Assembly: GCA_018649725.1 (NCBI GenBank)
Contig: JABIHH010000017.1
Location: 40,469 to 104,468, forward strand
DNA: 64,000 nt
Reading direction: 5' to 3'
Source of the DNA: Rhodospirillaceae bacterium
Lineage (GTDB): Bacteria; Pseudomonadota; Alphaproteobacteria; Rhodospirillales; UBA2165
Within the stretch, counting starts at the first letter, position 1; each line of letters opens with the position of its first letter. This document shows positions 19,314-29,502 of this stretch, piece by piece. Under the pieces are notes generated by a model, which saw only the letters and a list, made by a program, of their open reading frames with translations, had not been told where the DNA came from and did no database searches. A program made the translations under genes and the position numbers.

Positions 19314-20279
19314 TTATTTTTTCATCAAGCCTTGAACCATCGCTTTGTAAGCTTTGCTTTGTGCAGGACGTTGCTTTTCGTAAGCAGGACCTGTCTCATA
19401 ATCGGTGATTTCACCGATCGCTTTAATCAAGCGCTTGTAGGTTTTGTGACCTTGCAGTTTCGTCATTGCTGAACGAAGTTTTGCTAGACGGTCAGCCGGA
19501 ATGCCGCGTGGTGCCATAAGCACACGATGCATCAGGCCAATGTCTGAGGTGTAGCCAAGATCTTTAAAAGTAGGCACGCCTTTAAACGCTGTTTTCTGAC
19601 CAGCAGAAATAAGTACGCGGACTTTTTTACCTTGAGCTTTAATTGTTGATTTAAACTGGAAAGTAAAATCAGCTTCTTTAGCCAAGAAACCACGCAAAGA
19701 AGGTCCGCCGCCTTTATAAGGCACCATGACGATGTTCTTTACGATACCAGCTTCAGTGAAGAGTTGCAGCGCCGGAGCATGGGTTGCACCCCAGTTACCT
19801 GAGTGAGCAAACTTCAACTTGCCTGGGTTCTTTTTAGCATAAGCAACCAATTGGCCCCAAGTCTTGAACGGGCTATCAGCACGCACGATGACGGAGAAGC
19901 TACCGGAGTTCAGCTTACCAACCGTGACGAAATCTTTATCCGTGTTATACGGCAATTTCTTCACATGCTTTTGCAGCTGATCATAGTAGTTATGAGTGAA
20001 AATCAAGGTATAGCCGTCTGGCTTAGAACGTGCGGCAGCAGCCGTACCAACTTGACCAGATGCACCAGGCATCAATTTCACGATGATTGCGTTACCAAGA
20101 AATTCTGGAATGACACTGGTGAACACACGCGCATTACGATCGTGCGAACCACCAGCACCCAAAGGCAGAATCATGGTGATTGGTTTTTCTGGATACCCAG
20201 CCGCTTTAAGGGTGTCGATTGACATTCCCAAAGCAAGAACCGTCCCCAGAACGAGTTTTATAACATTGCGTATCCGCAT
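19314..20279 (-). CDS. tctC: Tripartite tricarboxylate transporter substrate-binding protein (TctC/Bug)
   Basis: YPEKPITMILPLGAGGSHD, KPDGYTL, VPYKGGGP, VPTFKDLG. Confidence 0.9.
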   Translation of the reverse strand: MRIRNVIKLVLGTVLALGMSIDTLKAAGYPEKPITMILPLGAGGSHDRNARVFTSVIPEFLGNAIIVKLMPGASGQVGTAAAARSKPDGYTLIFTHNYYDQLQKHVKKLPYNTDKDFVTVGKLNSGSFSVIVRADSPFKTWGQLVAYAKKNPGKLKFAHSGNWGATHAPALQLFTEAGIVKNIVMVPYKGGGPSLRGFLAKEADFTFQFKSTIKAQGKKVRVLISAGQKTAFKGVPTFKDLGYTSDIGLMHRVLMAPRGIPADRLAKLRSAMTKLQGHKTYKRLIKAIGEITDYETGPAYEKQRPAQSKAYKAMVQGLMKK

Positions 20280-20367
20280 TTTCTTTTCCTCTCTGTAGTA
20301 CATTTAAAAAATTTTCACTCTCTAACCTATCGGTTCAAAGAGCGCTTTAATTTCCCCTTAAAACAAC

Positions 20368-20380
20368 TCTTATATAAGAC
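20368..20380. promoter_or_regulatory. Putative GntR/HutC operator
   Basis: TCTTATATAAGAC upstream of tctC. Confidence 0.75.
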
Positions 20381-20483
20381 ATCAGGGGCAAAGCCTTCGT
20401 CAAGCCCTAATACCTCACAAATCCAGACATAATTGTGAGAATTGTTCGGTATTAGAACCATTTAGTAATTCCTGTTTTCTAAA

Positions 20484-21989
20484 TTACTCCTCAGTACCAA
20501 ACTGTTTTCGAAGCCGTGTAGAGCGTCGCCACATCAAGAATGTTACGATCGGCGTGAGGGCAAAAATAACGCCGGTAATCGGTCTTTCAAACAGCATGTA
20601 GCTGAACAGATGACCGCTCGAGAGCGTTACACTTTGGCCGAAGGAGTATTCCAGCGTTGGCCCCAAAATAAAGCCCATCGCCATCGGTGTCACATCGAAG
20701 TGCAGCTTTTTAGCGATATAGCCAAAGGCACCAAAGAACACCAAGACGGCGAGGTCGAAAGGTTGCGCGCGGAACACCCACGAGCCGGCAAAGGCAAAAA
20801 CCAGTGTTAGCGGCAGCAGGAAGGATTTTCGGATCGTCACCACTTTGGCGAAGAACGGAATACAGACATAACCGATGCCGAGGAACAAAATATTGGCAAT
20901 CACCATCGCGATCAAAATCGCATACACCAACGCGCCTTGTTCTTCCATCAATTGCGGACCGGGTCGCATGCCTTGCGCGATGAAAGCACCAACCAAAATA
21001 ACTGTCAGATTGTCGCCTGGGATACCCAGTGTCAGCAGGGGCACCAAGGTTGGGCCGTTCACTGCATTATTGGCACATTCGGCAGCGGCTACACCCTCAA
21101 GCTCACCCTGGCCAAAAGTCTCCGGGTGGGTTGAGGCCGATTTCGCCGCCGCATAACCCATAAAGGCGGCCACAACTTGGCCAACACCTGGGATCATACC
21201 GATTGAGGTGCCAATCATCGTTGAGCGAACAAGTGTCCGACCAACGCCTTTAAATTCAGCCCAGGTCAAGCGCTCACCGCTCACTTTAAGGTCTTCGGCT
21301 TTGATCAACGAAGACGCTTTCTTTTCAATATTGGTGAAAATTTCCGGCAGAGCAAAGACGCCGATCAGCATTGGCAACAAAGGAATGCCAGCTTCGATCT
21401 GCGGAATACCGAGCGAGAAACGCGACAGCGCGCCAATCGGATCCTGGCCGATCATGCCAAAGAACAGGCCGACGACCAGCATCAACAAGCCTTTGACGAA
21501 GACGCCACTTGAGGTTGCTGAAATAACAATCAGCGCCAACAACAAAATCGCCGCCAGTTCTGGCGGGCCTAACAGTAGCGCCACGGCCGCAATAGGACCT
21601 ATCAGAGCAATTGTAAAAAGATCACTGGAAAGATCGCCGGCAACGGATGAGAACAGCGCCATCTCAAGGGCTTTGCGCGCTTGACCTTTTTTGGTCAACG
21701 CTGGCCCATCGAAGGTTGTTGCCACCGCCGCTCCGGTGCCGGGCATGGAAACCAAAATAGCTGGGATTGAGCCACCATAAATGCCGCCTTTATAGACGCC
21801 GATCAAGAAGGGAATGCCCAGCAGTGGATCCAGGAAGAATGAGATTGGCAACAGGATTGCCATCGCCATCAAGGTCGTAAAGCCGGGCAGCGCGCCGACA
21901 AACATACCTAAGAATAACCCGCCCGACATATAGATCATGGTGTCTAGACGAAACGCGAGGCCGACACCTTCAAGGAACACTTCAAACAT
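20484..21989 (-). CDS. tctA: TTT large membrane protein TctA
   Basis: GALPG, YGGSIPAIL, GVAAAECANNA, LTLGIPG. Confidence 0.93.
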   Translation of the reverse strand: MFEVFLEGVGLAFRLDTMIYMSGGLFLGMFVGALPGFTTLMAMAILLPISFFLDPLLGIPFLIGVYKGGIYGGSIPAILVSMPGTGAAVATTFDGPALTKKGQARKALEMALFSSVAGDLSSDLFTIALIGPIAAVALLLGPPELAAILLLALIVISATSSGVFVKGLLMLVVGLFFGMIGQDPIGALSRFSLGIPQIEAGIPLLPMLIGVFALPEIFTNIEKKASSLIKAEDLKVSGERLTWAEFKGVGRTLVRSTMIGTSIGMIPGVGQVVAAFMGYAAAKSASTHPETFGQGELEGVAAAECANNAVNGPTLVPLLTLGIPGDNLTVILVGAFIAQGMRPGPQLMEEQGALVYAILIAMVIANILFLGIGYVCIPFFAKVVTIRKSFLLPLTLVFAFAGSWVFRAQPFDLAVLVFFGAFGYIAKKLHFDVTPMAMGFILGPTLEYSFGQSVTLSSGHLFSYMLFERPITGVIFALTPIVTFLMWRRSTRLRKQFGTEE

Positions 21990-22030
21990 TTAGTTTCTAT
22001 GCTCCAAATTCTTATATAATCGGTCGATAA

Positions 22031-22552
22031 TCAAATAAGCGACCAATGGGTCAGCGGGTAAATATCGATTGGGAATGGCGGTAGTTCCACCAATAGCAGA
22101 CGCCGGAATGTGGCGAATACCACCACCGGCAAAGTGATGCTGATGAGAACGCCAACCAAGTAATTGCGATTGCCAAAGTAAGTCGACATGGCAAAAATCA
22201 TGATCGCACTGCCAAGCACAAAGCCAAGATTAACCATGAGCGGCACATAGATTGCCATCATCACTAACGTAACGGCCACGTTGACAATTGCCTCTTTATT
22301 GAGATTTTTCAGTTCATTGACCTGATCAATGGACCTACTTTTATAGAGGAACCAAACGCCCAAAATAACCATGCAAATAGCCGCAATCTGCGGGAAAAGC
22401 TCCGGCGGCAGATTGAACTGGCCAACGGATAGCTGAATAAGCGGTTTATCGATTTGGCTCGGTATCACGATATAGAGAAAGACACCGAGGGCGATAAATA
22501 GAATTGCCGCTACCGTATTGAAGTTAAATTTCTTTTCGACAATTTGATCCAT
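22031..22552 (-). CDS. tctB: TTT small membrane protein TctB
   Basis: About four TM helices, PELFP and LLVELP motifs, upstream of tctA. Confidence 0.85.
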   Translation of the reverse strand: MDQIVEKKFNFNTVAAILFIALGVFLYIVIPSQIDKPLIQLSVGQFNLPPELFPQIAAICMVILGVWFLYKSRSIDQVNELKNLNKEAIVNVAVTLVMMAIYVPLMVNLGFVLGSAIMIFAMSTYFGNRNYLVGVLISITLPVVVFATFRRLLLVELPPFPIDIYPLTHWSLI

Positions 22553-22585
22553 GATCTAGGTCCAATTTTGTTTCTCTCGCTTTGT

Positions 22586-23650
22586 TTAACTGGCGATCCG
22601 AATTGATGACATGTCTGTTGAATTCAACGGCAAGGTTACCGGCTCATTGCGCTCAACCGACAAATCAGCCGCCATATAGACTTCCATGACTTGGCGCGCT
22701 TGCTGCGGCGTCACCATAACCGGCTTGTCCATCGCAACAGCTTCCAAGAAGTGAACGCCTTCATTATGCATCGGTCCGGCGAAGACATGCTCAACCTGCT
22801 CACCCGGCATTGACGACATTGGCAAGCGAATACCATTTTCCATCGTGTTTAAAACCACATCTCTGTGAGTATCATCGATGGTCAGCATACCTTTGGTGCC
22901 GGAGAACTCGACCCAGGTACCGGAAAAATTGGGATGGCCGGGAGGGGCCGACCAGCACGCACCAACCGTAATAACCACACCATTATCCAGCGTCACCATG
23001 GTCCATTGCGCATCTTCAAGGCCCGTAACATCCTTCATCGCGCCATAGGCTGATTGCGAGTAGACCCGGACCGGCTTGGCCGGCTCCAAGCACCACAACA
23101 GAAAATCAAGATCGTGCGTTGCTTCCATTGCCGCCGGCGAAAGTTTAATACGTTGACCGATTTTAGTGCCGAGACCACGCGTAATATAGCGGCTAACGAG
23201 ACCAGCAACCGGCGCCCCGATGGTACCATCATTCAAACATTTCTTGAGATAGGCAAATTTGTGATTGAAACGCTGGGAATAACCAACGGTGAATTTGACC
23301 CCGTTGGCCTCAGCTAAATCAACCAACGTATCGGCTTCGCCCAAAGTCAGCGACAAGGGTTTTTCCATAAACACATGTTTACCGGTCTCAAGGCAATGCT
23401 TTGCCATTGGGAAATGAATGTCTTCCGGCGTCGCTGAAATGAAAAATGCATCAATGTCATCATTTTTCAGCATCTCGTGGTAATCGAGTGTCGCCGAAGC
23501 AGCATTTGTCAGTTCTTGAACTTCGGCTAGACGGTCAGGCCGGATCTCACAAATATGAAGATCTTTAACAAGGGGATTAGCCGCGCAAGTGTTCGCGCGA
23601 ATACCGCCGCACCAACCTGTTCCGATGATACCAACATTGATCTGCTTCAT
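22586..23650 (-). CDS. Gfo/Idh/MocA family oxidoreductase
   Basis: VGIIGTGWCG, MEKPL, GYSQRF; paralog of 11974-13104. Confidence 0.9.
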   Translation of the reverse strand: MKQINVGIIGTGWCGGIRANTCAANPLVKDLHICEIRPDRLAEVQELTNAASATLDYHEMLKNDDIDAFFISATPEDIHFPMAKHCLETGKHVFMEKPLSLTLGEADTLVDLAEANGVKFTVGYSQRFNHKFAYLKKCLNDGTIGAPVAGLVSRYITRGLGTKIGQRIKLSPAAMEATHDLDFLLWCLEPAKPVRVYSQSAYGAMKDVTGLEDAQWTMVTLDNGVVITVGACWSAPPGHPNFSGTWVEFSGTKGMLTIDDTHRDVVLNTMENGIRLPMSSMPGEQVEHVFAGPMHNEGVHFLEAVAMDKPVMVTPQQARQVMEVYMAADLSVERNEPVTLPLNSTDMSSIRIAS

Positions 23651-23743
23651 TTTATTTTATTCCTTTGTTATGGAGTTCCACGAAAAGAAACCTCGCGGGT
23701 ATAAGCCCCATTCGTCCCTGATGTTTTTTTTAATTTCTGCTCA

Positions 23744-23795
23744 GTCTTATATAAGACCTAACTGTGCTGTCAAGAACTGAGTCTTATATAAGACT
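23744..23795. promoter_or_regulatory. Tandem putative GntR/HutC operators
   Basis: GTCTTATATAAGAC at 23744-23757 and AGTCTTATATAAGACT at 23780-23795. Confidence 0.8.
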
Positions 23796-24984
23796 ACTTC
23801 GGCGGAGATAGCAGCCCTTTTTTAGCTTCTACCGGTCCTTCTAGGGTATTTAAAAATTTTGCAAGCTGGCCTAGTTGCTGACCCGACAAACCGAGTTTAA
23901 TAAGCTCGCTTTGGCCAATACGGGCTTTGGGCGCTCTATTATAGTGATCGAGAACATCTCTAAGAGATTTAAATTGTCCGGCATGCATATAGGGAGCTGT
24001 CTTTGAAAGATTGCGCAAAGTCGGGGTTTTAAACGCGCCCAGTAATTCTGAGCCGCCCTTTTTAGCAAAATTTATTTCCGAACAAAGGGCCAGCGGCGAA
24101 TCACTGAACCGGCTTTGACAATTAAATTCGTCGTTGAGAACCTGAGAGACACCTTGGCTACGGCCCTTGTCCGATGACGGCAGGCCGGTATTGTGAAAAT
24201 CCGTATTGGCAAAAAGCGGCCCGTTGTGACAGCGTAGGCAATTGGCTTCACCGATAAACAATTTTAATCCGGCCCGCTCGTCTGGCGACAATTGGGATTT
24301 TTTCGCCGGTTCAACATTGTGCAATATCGCTGCCGCGTAAAAATCAAATTTCCCGGGTCCGGGTAAAATCTTGCGCTCATAGGCGGCAATGGCTTTGCCA
24401 AGATTTGCAAAAGCCCGCGTTATGCCCTCTTGGTCCTTCAACTTAGGCATAGCACCAAAAATATTTTCATAGCGCTTTTTGTAATCTGCATCCTGGCGGA
24501 TGAGGTTCACAGCTTGGGCCCGGGTAAAACCGTGTTCCAGAGGGTTTTCTATCGGCCCTAAGGCCTGCGCCCATAGGCTATCTTTGCGCCCATCCCAAAA
24601 CAGCCACGGACTATATGCGCTGCCGATAATTGTCGGCGTATTGCGATCAGTTATGCCGATGCCTTTAGCGACTTTCACGCCATCCGAAAAGTTTAAGATC
24701 GGAATATGACACGTTGCACAGGCAACCGTGCCGGTCTTGCTCAAGCGTTTATCGAAAAACAGACGGTGGCCGAGTGCAACAGCGCGGGCGTCGTCAGCAA
24801 ATTTATTTGATGGATCAGGTGGGACCGGGGCGAGGCTGCCCAGCCAGAGCGACCGAATCGCGGCGCGCTCTTCCTCTGACCATTTGTCGCTACTCATGCC
24901 GGTTCGGCTGCCAATAAGGATGACCGCCGCGATGCCTGAAAATAGGATCAGAAAATAAACCAGATAAAAACGGCGCATGTTCAT
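23794..24984 (-). CDS. Di-heme cytochrome c peroxidase/MauG family protein
   Basis: LFFDKRLS, CATCH, FWDGR, CLRCH, FKTPTLRN, PYMHAG. Confidence 0.9.
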   Translation of the reverse strand: MNMRRFYLVYFLILFSGIAAVILIGSRTGMSSDKWSEEERAAIRSLWLGSLAPVPPDPSNKFADDARAVALGHRLFFDKRLSKTGTVACATCHIPILNFSDGVKVAKGIGITDRNTPTIIGSAYSPWLFWDGRKDSLWAQALGPIENPLEHGFTRAQAVNLIRQDADYKKRYENIFGAMPKLKDQEGITRAFANLGKAIAAYERKILPGPGKFDFYAAAILHNVEPAKKSQLSPDERAGLKLFIGEANCLRCHNGPLFANTDFHNTGLPSSDKGRSQGVSQVLNDEFNCQSRFSDSPLALCSEINFAKKGGSELLGAFKTPTLRNLSKTAPYMHAGQFKSLRDVLDHYNRAPKARIGQSELIKLGLSGQQLGQLAKFLNTLEGPVEAKKGLLSPPK

Positions 24985-24991
24985 GGTGACT

Positions 24992-25510
24992 CTATTTTAA
25001 CACCACACTGAAAGTGACATTGTCAGCTTGGGAGCCCGTTGCGATGGCGAAATTCAGATGCCACCAGCCGGACATATTAAATTTCATGCCCTCCACCAAA
25101 TACTGCCCAGCGCCTAAATATTTCGTCACGCGCGGCGCGGTTGGTAAACCATGACCATGTTCCGGCATACCGCCGTGAATGTTAAACTTGGCGCCTTCAA
25201 CCGGCTTGCCCGTCTGGTCCAGGACCGTCACCACCCAACCATGCATTTTATTAATAGCGACCGGATTGAGATTACTGGCCAGCGAAACCTTAAACTTCCC
25301 ACCATCTGATAATTTTGTCAGCGACGTGTCCCGCACGCCCGGCATCGCATGCGGCATTGGCGCGTGATTGCCTTGGTTATGGTTCCCTGACTTGTGATGC
25401 TCCATATGCATCTTTTGATCATTGTGCATCTGCTCTGCGGAACGCAGATCAGACGCCATCGGCACCAGCATCACGCTAAGGAGAAATGTGAACAGTAAAT
25501 ATTGCTTCAT
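24992..25510 (-). CDS. FixH/YtkA-like secreted protein with His/Met-rich N-region
   Basis: Signal peptide, MHNDQKMHMEHH, GGMPEHGHG, MSGWW. Confidence 0.75.
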   Translation of the reverse strand: MKQYLLFTFLLSVMLVPMASDLRSAEQMHNDQKMHMEHHKSGNHNQGNHAPMPHAMPGVRDTSLTKLSDGGKFKVSLASNLNPVAINKMHGWVVTVLDQTGKPVEGAKFNIHGGMPEHGHGLPTAPRVTKYLGAGQYLVEGMKFNMSGWWHLNFAIATGSQADNVTFSVVLK

Positions 25511-25708
25511 TTATTTGTATCCATACTTAAAGTTTTTTAGCGCATTTCTAAAATTCTGCGCCAAGTTCGAAAGGTTGTACAAACCCTTCCCGTTAAATAC
25601 AAACAAAAGACGTAGAATGGAAATATCGCCTCAACGTCATCGGCCTTACAGAATTACAGAAAATTTACTGGAAAGACCCGACCTCGAATGCTATGCAGCC
25701 CTCCATAT

Positions 25709-25720
25709 TCTTATATAAGA
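25709..25720. promoter_or_regulatory. Putative GntR/HutC operator
   Basis: TCTTATATAAGA 53 bp upstream of the 2-hydroxyacid dehydrogenase. Confidence 0.75.
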
Positions 25721-25773
25721 GTACCATGTTGTTGTTCATTTAGGGCAACGTAGCTAAGGGGAAGAGAAAAATT

Positions 25774-26739
25774 ATGTCTAGCAATATTATCGCCGTCGCA
25801 GATTCGGTCTTTCCGTCTCTCGACCCAGCCAAGGAAGCGCTTTCAGGCGTTACTTCTGAAGAATTCCGTATGTCCGCTGATACCTCAGCCGACAGCATTT
25901 TAGCCGTTGCTGCTGATGCCGATGCGCTTCTGGTTACTTACAGCCAGATTAATGCTGAGGTGATCGCCGGTCTCAATAATTGTAAAGCCATTGGCCGCTT
26001 TGGCATTGGCACCGACAATATCGATATCGCCGCGGCGACTGAAAAAGGCATCAAGGTTTGCTATGCACCGGTCTACTGCCTGGATGAAGTTTCCGATCAC
26101 GCGATGGCTTTGCTGTTGTCTTGTGCGCGTAAAATTCCATTTGCCAATGCGCGTGCTGCTGAAGGCCGCTGGGAAATGCCGGCTGTTGCCCCAATTGGTC
26201 GCTTCCGCGGTAGAACACTGGGCCTTATCGGTCTCGGGAACATCCCACAGCAAATCGTTGGTAAAGCGCAAGCTTTCGGCATCAATGTGATCGCTTCCGA
26301 TCCTTATTGCCCGGATGATGTATTCTCCCGCCTCAATGTTGAAAAAGTTGAGCTTGATGATCTGCTGGGTCGTTCTGATTATGTCTCCGTTCATGCGCCG
26401 CTTACGCCAGAGACAGAAAACATGTTCAACATGGACGCCTTCAAGAAGATGAAGAACACCGCCTTCCTGATCAACACAGCACGGGGTCCATTGGTTGAGA
26501 TTAATGATTTAGCAAAAGCTTTGGATGCCGGCGAGATTGCTGGTGCCGGTCTTGATGTTTTACCTGTTGAGCCTCCTGAAGCCGACAATCCATTGTTGGG
26601 CCGTGACGACGTTGTCCTCACCCCCCATACCGGCTTCTACTCGGAGGACGCGCTGCTTGATTTGCAGACAACTGTGGCAACTGCCGTTGCGACCATCCTC
26701 GGCGGCGGCGAGCCGAAATATCCAGTGACGCCTAAATAA
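25774..26739 (+). CDS. D-isomer-specific 2-hydroxyacid dehydrogenase (CtBP-like)
   Basis: GIGTDNID, LGLIGLGNI, LINTARG, GLDV..EP, LTPH. Confidence 0.92.
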   Translation: MSSNIIAVADSVFPSLDPAKEALSGVTSEEFRMSADTSADSILAVAADADALLVTYSQINAEVIAGLNNCKAIGRFGIGTDNIDIAAATEKGIKVCYAPVYCLDEVSDHAMALLLSCARKIPFANARAAEGRWEMPAVAPIGRFRGRTLGLIGLGNIPQQIVGKAQAFGINVIASDPYCPDDVFSRLNVEKVELDDLLGRSDYVSVHAPLTPETENMFNMDAFKKMKNTAFLINTARGPLVEINDLAKALDAGEIAGAGLDVLPVEPPEADNPLLGRDDVVLTPHTGFYSEDALLDLQTTVATAVATILGGGEPKYPVTPK

Positions 26740-26755
26740 AGCTGGATAACCGACC

Positions 26756-27769
26756 ATGAAAGCCATGATGCTGACGGCACCGAAAGCGGTGTCGCCTGAG
26801 GACGTCGATATGCCCGAGCCGGGTCCGGATGAAACCCTCATCCGGGTCACCAAAACGGGCATTTGCGGCACCGATTTGAAAATATTTCAGGGCGGTATCC
26901 CGGTCGACTATCCCCGCATCATGGGACACGAATCGGTTGGTGAGGTTATCTCAGGCGGCAATCTCGCTCCCGGTACCCCGGTTATTGTCGACCCGGCTTA
27001 TTACTGTGGCTCATGTTATAACTGCCGAGACGGCCAGACGCATTTGTGTCCGAACGGTGGTCTCATTGGCCGGGATGTTGAGGGCGGCTTCGCAGAGTAC
27101 ATGGTCGCACCGTCCCGCAACGTGCACGCTTTGCCAAAAGACATGGACCCCGGCGTGGCCCCACTGATCCAGCCGATGACCACCTGTCTGCATGCCCAGC
27201 GCAAAGCAAATATTTTCCCCGGCGAAGCCGTGCTGGTTTATGGTCTGGGTGTCACCGGCCTGCTGCACGTTCAACTCGCCAAAGCGCATGGTGCTTATCC
27301 CGTGATTGGCGTGACGCGTTCCGAGTGGAAGCGCGATCTGGCCCGAGAACTTGGTGCCGACTTCACCTTCGCACCGGGCGAAAATCTTAAAGAACAAATC
27401 TTGGAAGTTACCGGCGATAAGGGCGGCGTCGATCTGGTCATCGAAAGCGTTGGCCAATTGCCGATCCTCGCCGAAGCCATTGAGTTGGTACGCCTGGGTG
27501 GCCGCATTCTACCGTTCGGCATCTACACGCAAACCCAAGGCGAGCTGCCGTTCTACAATCTCTATTTCAAAGAAATCCAGGTCGTCAACGCCCGGGTCGC
27601 CAAGCCAGAAGATTACCCCGCCTGCGTCGACTTTGTTGAGCGCGGCGTCGTCGACCTTAAGCCGCTGATCACCCATAACTTTAGCCTGGACGAGATCAAC
27701 AAAGCCCTCGACATGCTTGACGGCGGTGACAGCTCCTGCATTAAGATCATCCTGGACCACGCGGCTTAA
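26756..27769 (+). CDS. Zn-dependent alcohol dehydrogenase (MDR)
   Basis: GICGTD, GHE, CGSCYNC...C structural Zn site. Confidence 0.92.
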   Translation: MKAMMLTAPKAVSPEDVDMPEPGPDETLIRVTKTGICGTDLKIFQGGIPVDYPRIMGHESVGEVISGGNLAPGTPVIVDPAYYCGSCYNCRDGQTHLCPNGGLIGRDVEGGFAEYMVAPSRNVHALPKDMDPGVAPLIQPMTTCLHAQRKANIFPGEAVLVYGLGVTGLLHVQLAKAHGAYPVIGVTRSEWKRDLARELGADFTFAPGENLKEQILEVTGDKGGVDLVIESVGQLPILAEAIELVRLGGRILPFGIYTQTQGELPFYNLYFKEIQVVNARVAKPEDYPACVDFVERGVVDLKPLITHNFSLDEINKALDMLDGGDSSCIKIILDHAA

Positions 27770-27778
27770 ATCACCGCC

Positions 27779-27806
27779 ATCATTCCGGACTTGATCCAGA
27801 ATCCAG
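27779..27806. repeat. REP-like palindrome, family A
   Basis: cattccggacttgatccagaatccag. Confidence 0.7.
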
Positions 27807-28272
27807 GGGAAACACCAAGCGACTGTGTTGTCCGTCAAGTTGTCTGCCATTTATTATTATCCCTCATCATGGCATTTACCAGAGACCGGCACATGCTATG
27901 CGATTTAATCTTTGGCTGTAGTACTAAAATCCATAACACTTATTGGAACGTATACGGAAAACCCCCTCGAAATGGGTCAAATTTGGTCGCAGAGCCCTGC
28001 TATTTGATGACATGAAAACGGGGGTACGGAAAACAGTTGGTTTCGGTATGTCTTTAACCAGTCCGCTTTACACCCGAAAGCAGACACCAATCACATAGGG
28101 TCAAAGAGTCCGCTATTAACCAAAATCAGTCATAAAGAATTGAGATTGAATGAGAGAAGGTTATATTAAAATTTGTGAAAGTAGCTTGGTTTTGATATTT
28201 TAATTCTCGTCTACCATTTAATATATAGCTTGATATTGTAATTACCGAGTAGTCTGCAAAACAAGTGACCAA

Positions 28273-28677
28273 ATGCAAAAGAATAATATAATTTTCGGGG
28301 GCTCAAAACGACATCTTCACTGCCAGAAGGTGGGCGTTCTCGTTTGTTTTGCGCTTTCTGTTTTGATCTGGCCGACGATACATGCGTATGACACTGGGCA
28401 AAAGGTTCTAGCCACCATAGAAATTGCTTCATCAATCGTATCGGATAATTTTGATCACGATCACGGACATAGTCATGATGATGAAGACTTACCGGAACAA
28501 CCGGCACCCAACCATTCTCATGACCACGATCCAGCAGATCACTCACATGAAGTGCCTATCGTATTGGCGGCACTCAATCACCGCACGGGTTTTCCGCCAA
28601 GCGAAAACCTAGTATTATATTTAAGCTCAAAAAAACTCGGTGCAGTTTTTGATTTAGAGCGCCCCCCTCGTTCGTAA
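28273..28677 (+). CDS. His-rich leader-type protein ending in ERPPRS (DUF2946-like architecture)
   Basis: Hydrophobic N-segment, DHDHGHSHDD...HSHDHDPADHSHE, C-terminal RPP. Confidence 0.7.
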   Translation: MQKNNIIFGGSKRHLHCQKVGVLVCFALSVLIWPTIHAYDTGQKVLATIEIASSIVSDNFDHDHGHSHDDEDLPEQPAPNHSHDHDPADHSHEVPIVLAALNHRTGFPPSENLVLYLSSKKLGAVFDLERPPRS

Positions 28678-28750
28678 GTGTACCGCCATGAGGCGGTCTA
28701 TTGTTCGTAATTATCGAACGTCAAAACACTTACTGACGAAAGGAAACATC

Positions 28751-29485
28751 ATGCATCCTCAGACTAGATGCGTAAGCTCACTTTTGAGAAAGTGGCCTTA
28801 TACATTCATCATGCCATTTTTTGTGGCATCTCTTTTACTGCTTGTGCCATTGGATGCCGCACAGGCTCATGCCGTAACCCAAGGCGACAAAGGTTACATT
28901 CAGGAAATATTCGGCGTCCAATTAATTCCATTCACCTATCTTGGTGCCAAGCATATGGTAACAGGATACGACCATATCCTATTTTTGTTTGGCGTTATCT
29001 TCTTCCTTTATAGGATGAAGCACGTCGCCATCTATGTGAGCCTTTTTGCACTTGGCCACTCAGTCACTATGATCGCCGGTGTATTATTCAATTTTGGCAT
29101 TAATAGCTTCATCATTGACGCCATTATTGGGTTTTCCATCGTCTATAAAGCTTTGGATAACCTGGGTGCCTATAAAGTATGGTTTGGTGTTCAACCCAAT
29201 ACAAAGATCGTGACGCTTTTCTTCGGTCTTTGCCATGGCTTCGGCCTTGCTTCAAAACTGATAGATTACGAGATTGCTGCCGACGGGCTTCTGCCCAATC
29301 TACTGGCATTCAATGTTGGCGTCGAAATCGGTCAAATACTTGCACTGGGAGCAATTCTCGTGGCGATGGGGTGGTGGCGACGAACCGATAGTTTCTTTCG
29401 ATATGCCTATACAGCCAATGTCGCAATAATGGCGATTGGTTTCATTTTCATCGGTTTACAACTCACCGGCTACTTTGTGGCCTGA
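28751..29485 (+). CDS. HupE/UreJ family protein (putative Ni/Co transporter)
   Basis: LGAKHMVTGYDHILF, FALGHSVT, FGLCHGFG, LAFNVGVEIGQ. Confidence 0.9.
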   Translation: MHPQTRCVSSLLRKWPYTFIMPFFVASLLLLVPLDAAQAHAVTQGDKGYIQEIFGVQLIPFTYLGAKHMVTGYDHILFLFGVIFFLYRMKHVAIYVSLFALGHSVTMIAGVLFNFGINSFIIDAIIGFSIVYKALDNLGAYKVWFGVQPNTKIVTLFFGLCHGFGLASKLIDYEIAADGLLPNLLAFNVGVEIGQILALGAILVAMGWWRRTDSFFRYAYTANVAIMAIGFIFIGLQLTGYFVA

Positions 29486-29502
29486 GATAAAGGAAATTTA
29501 TT

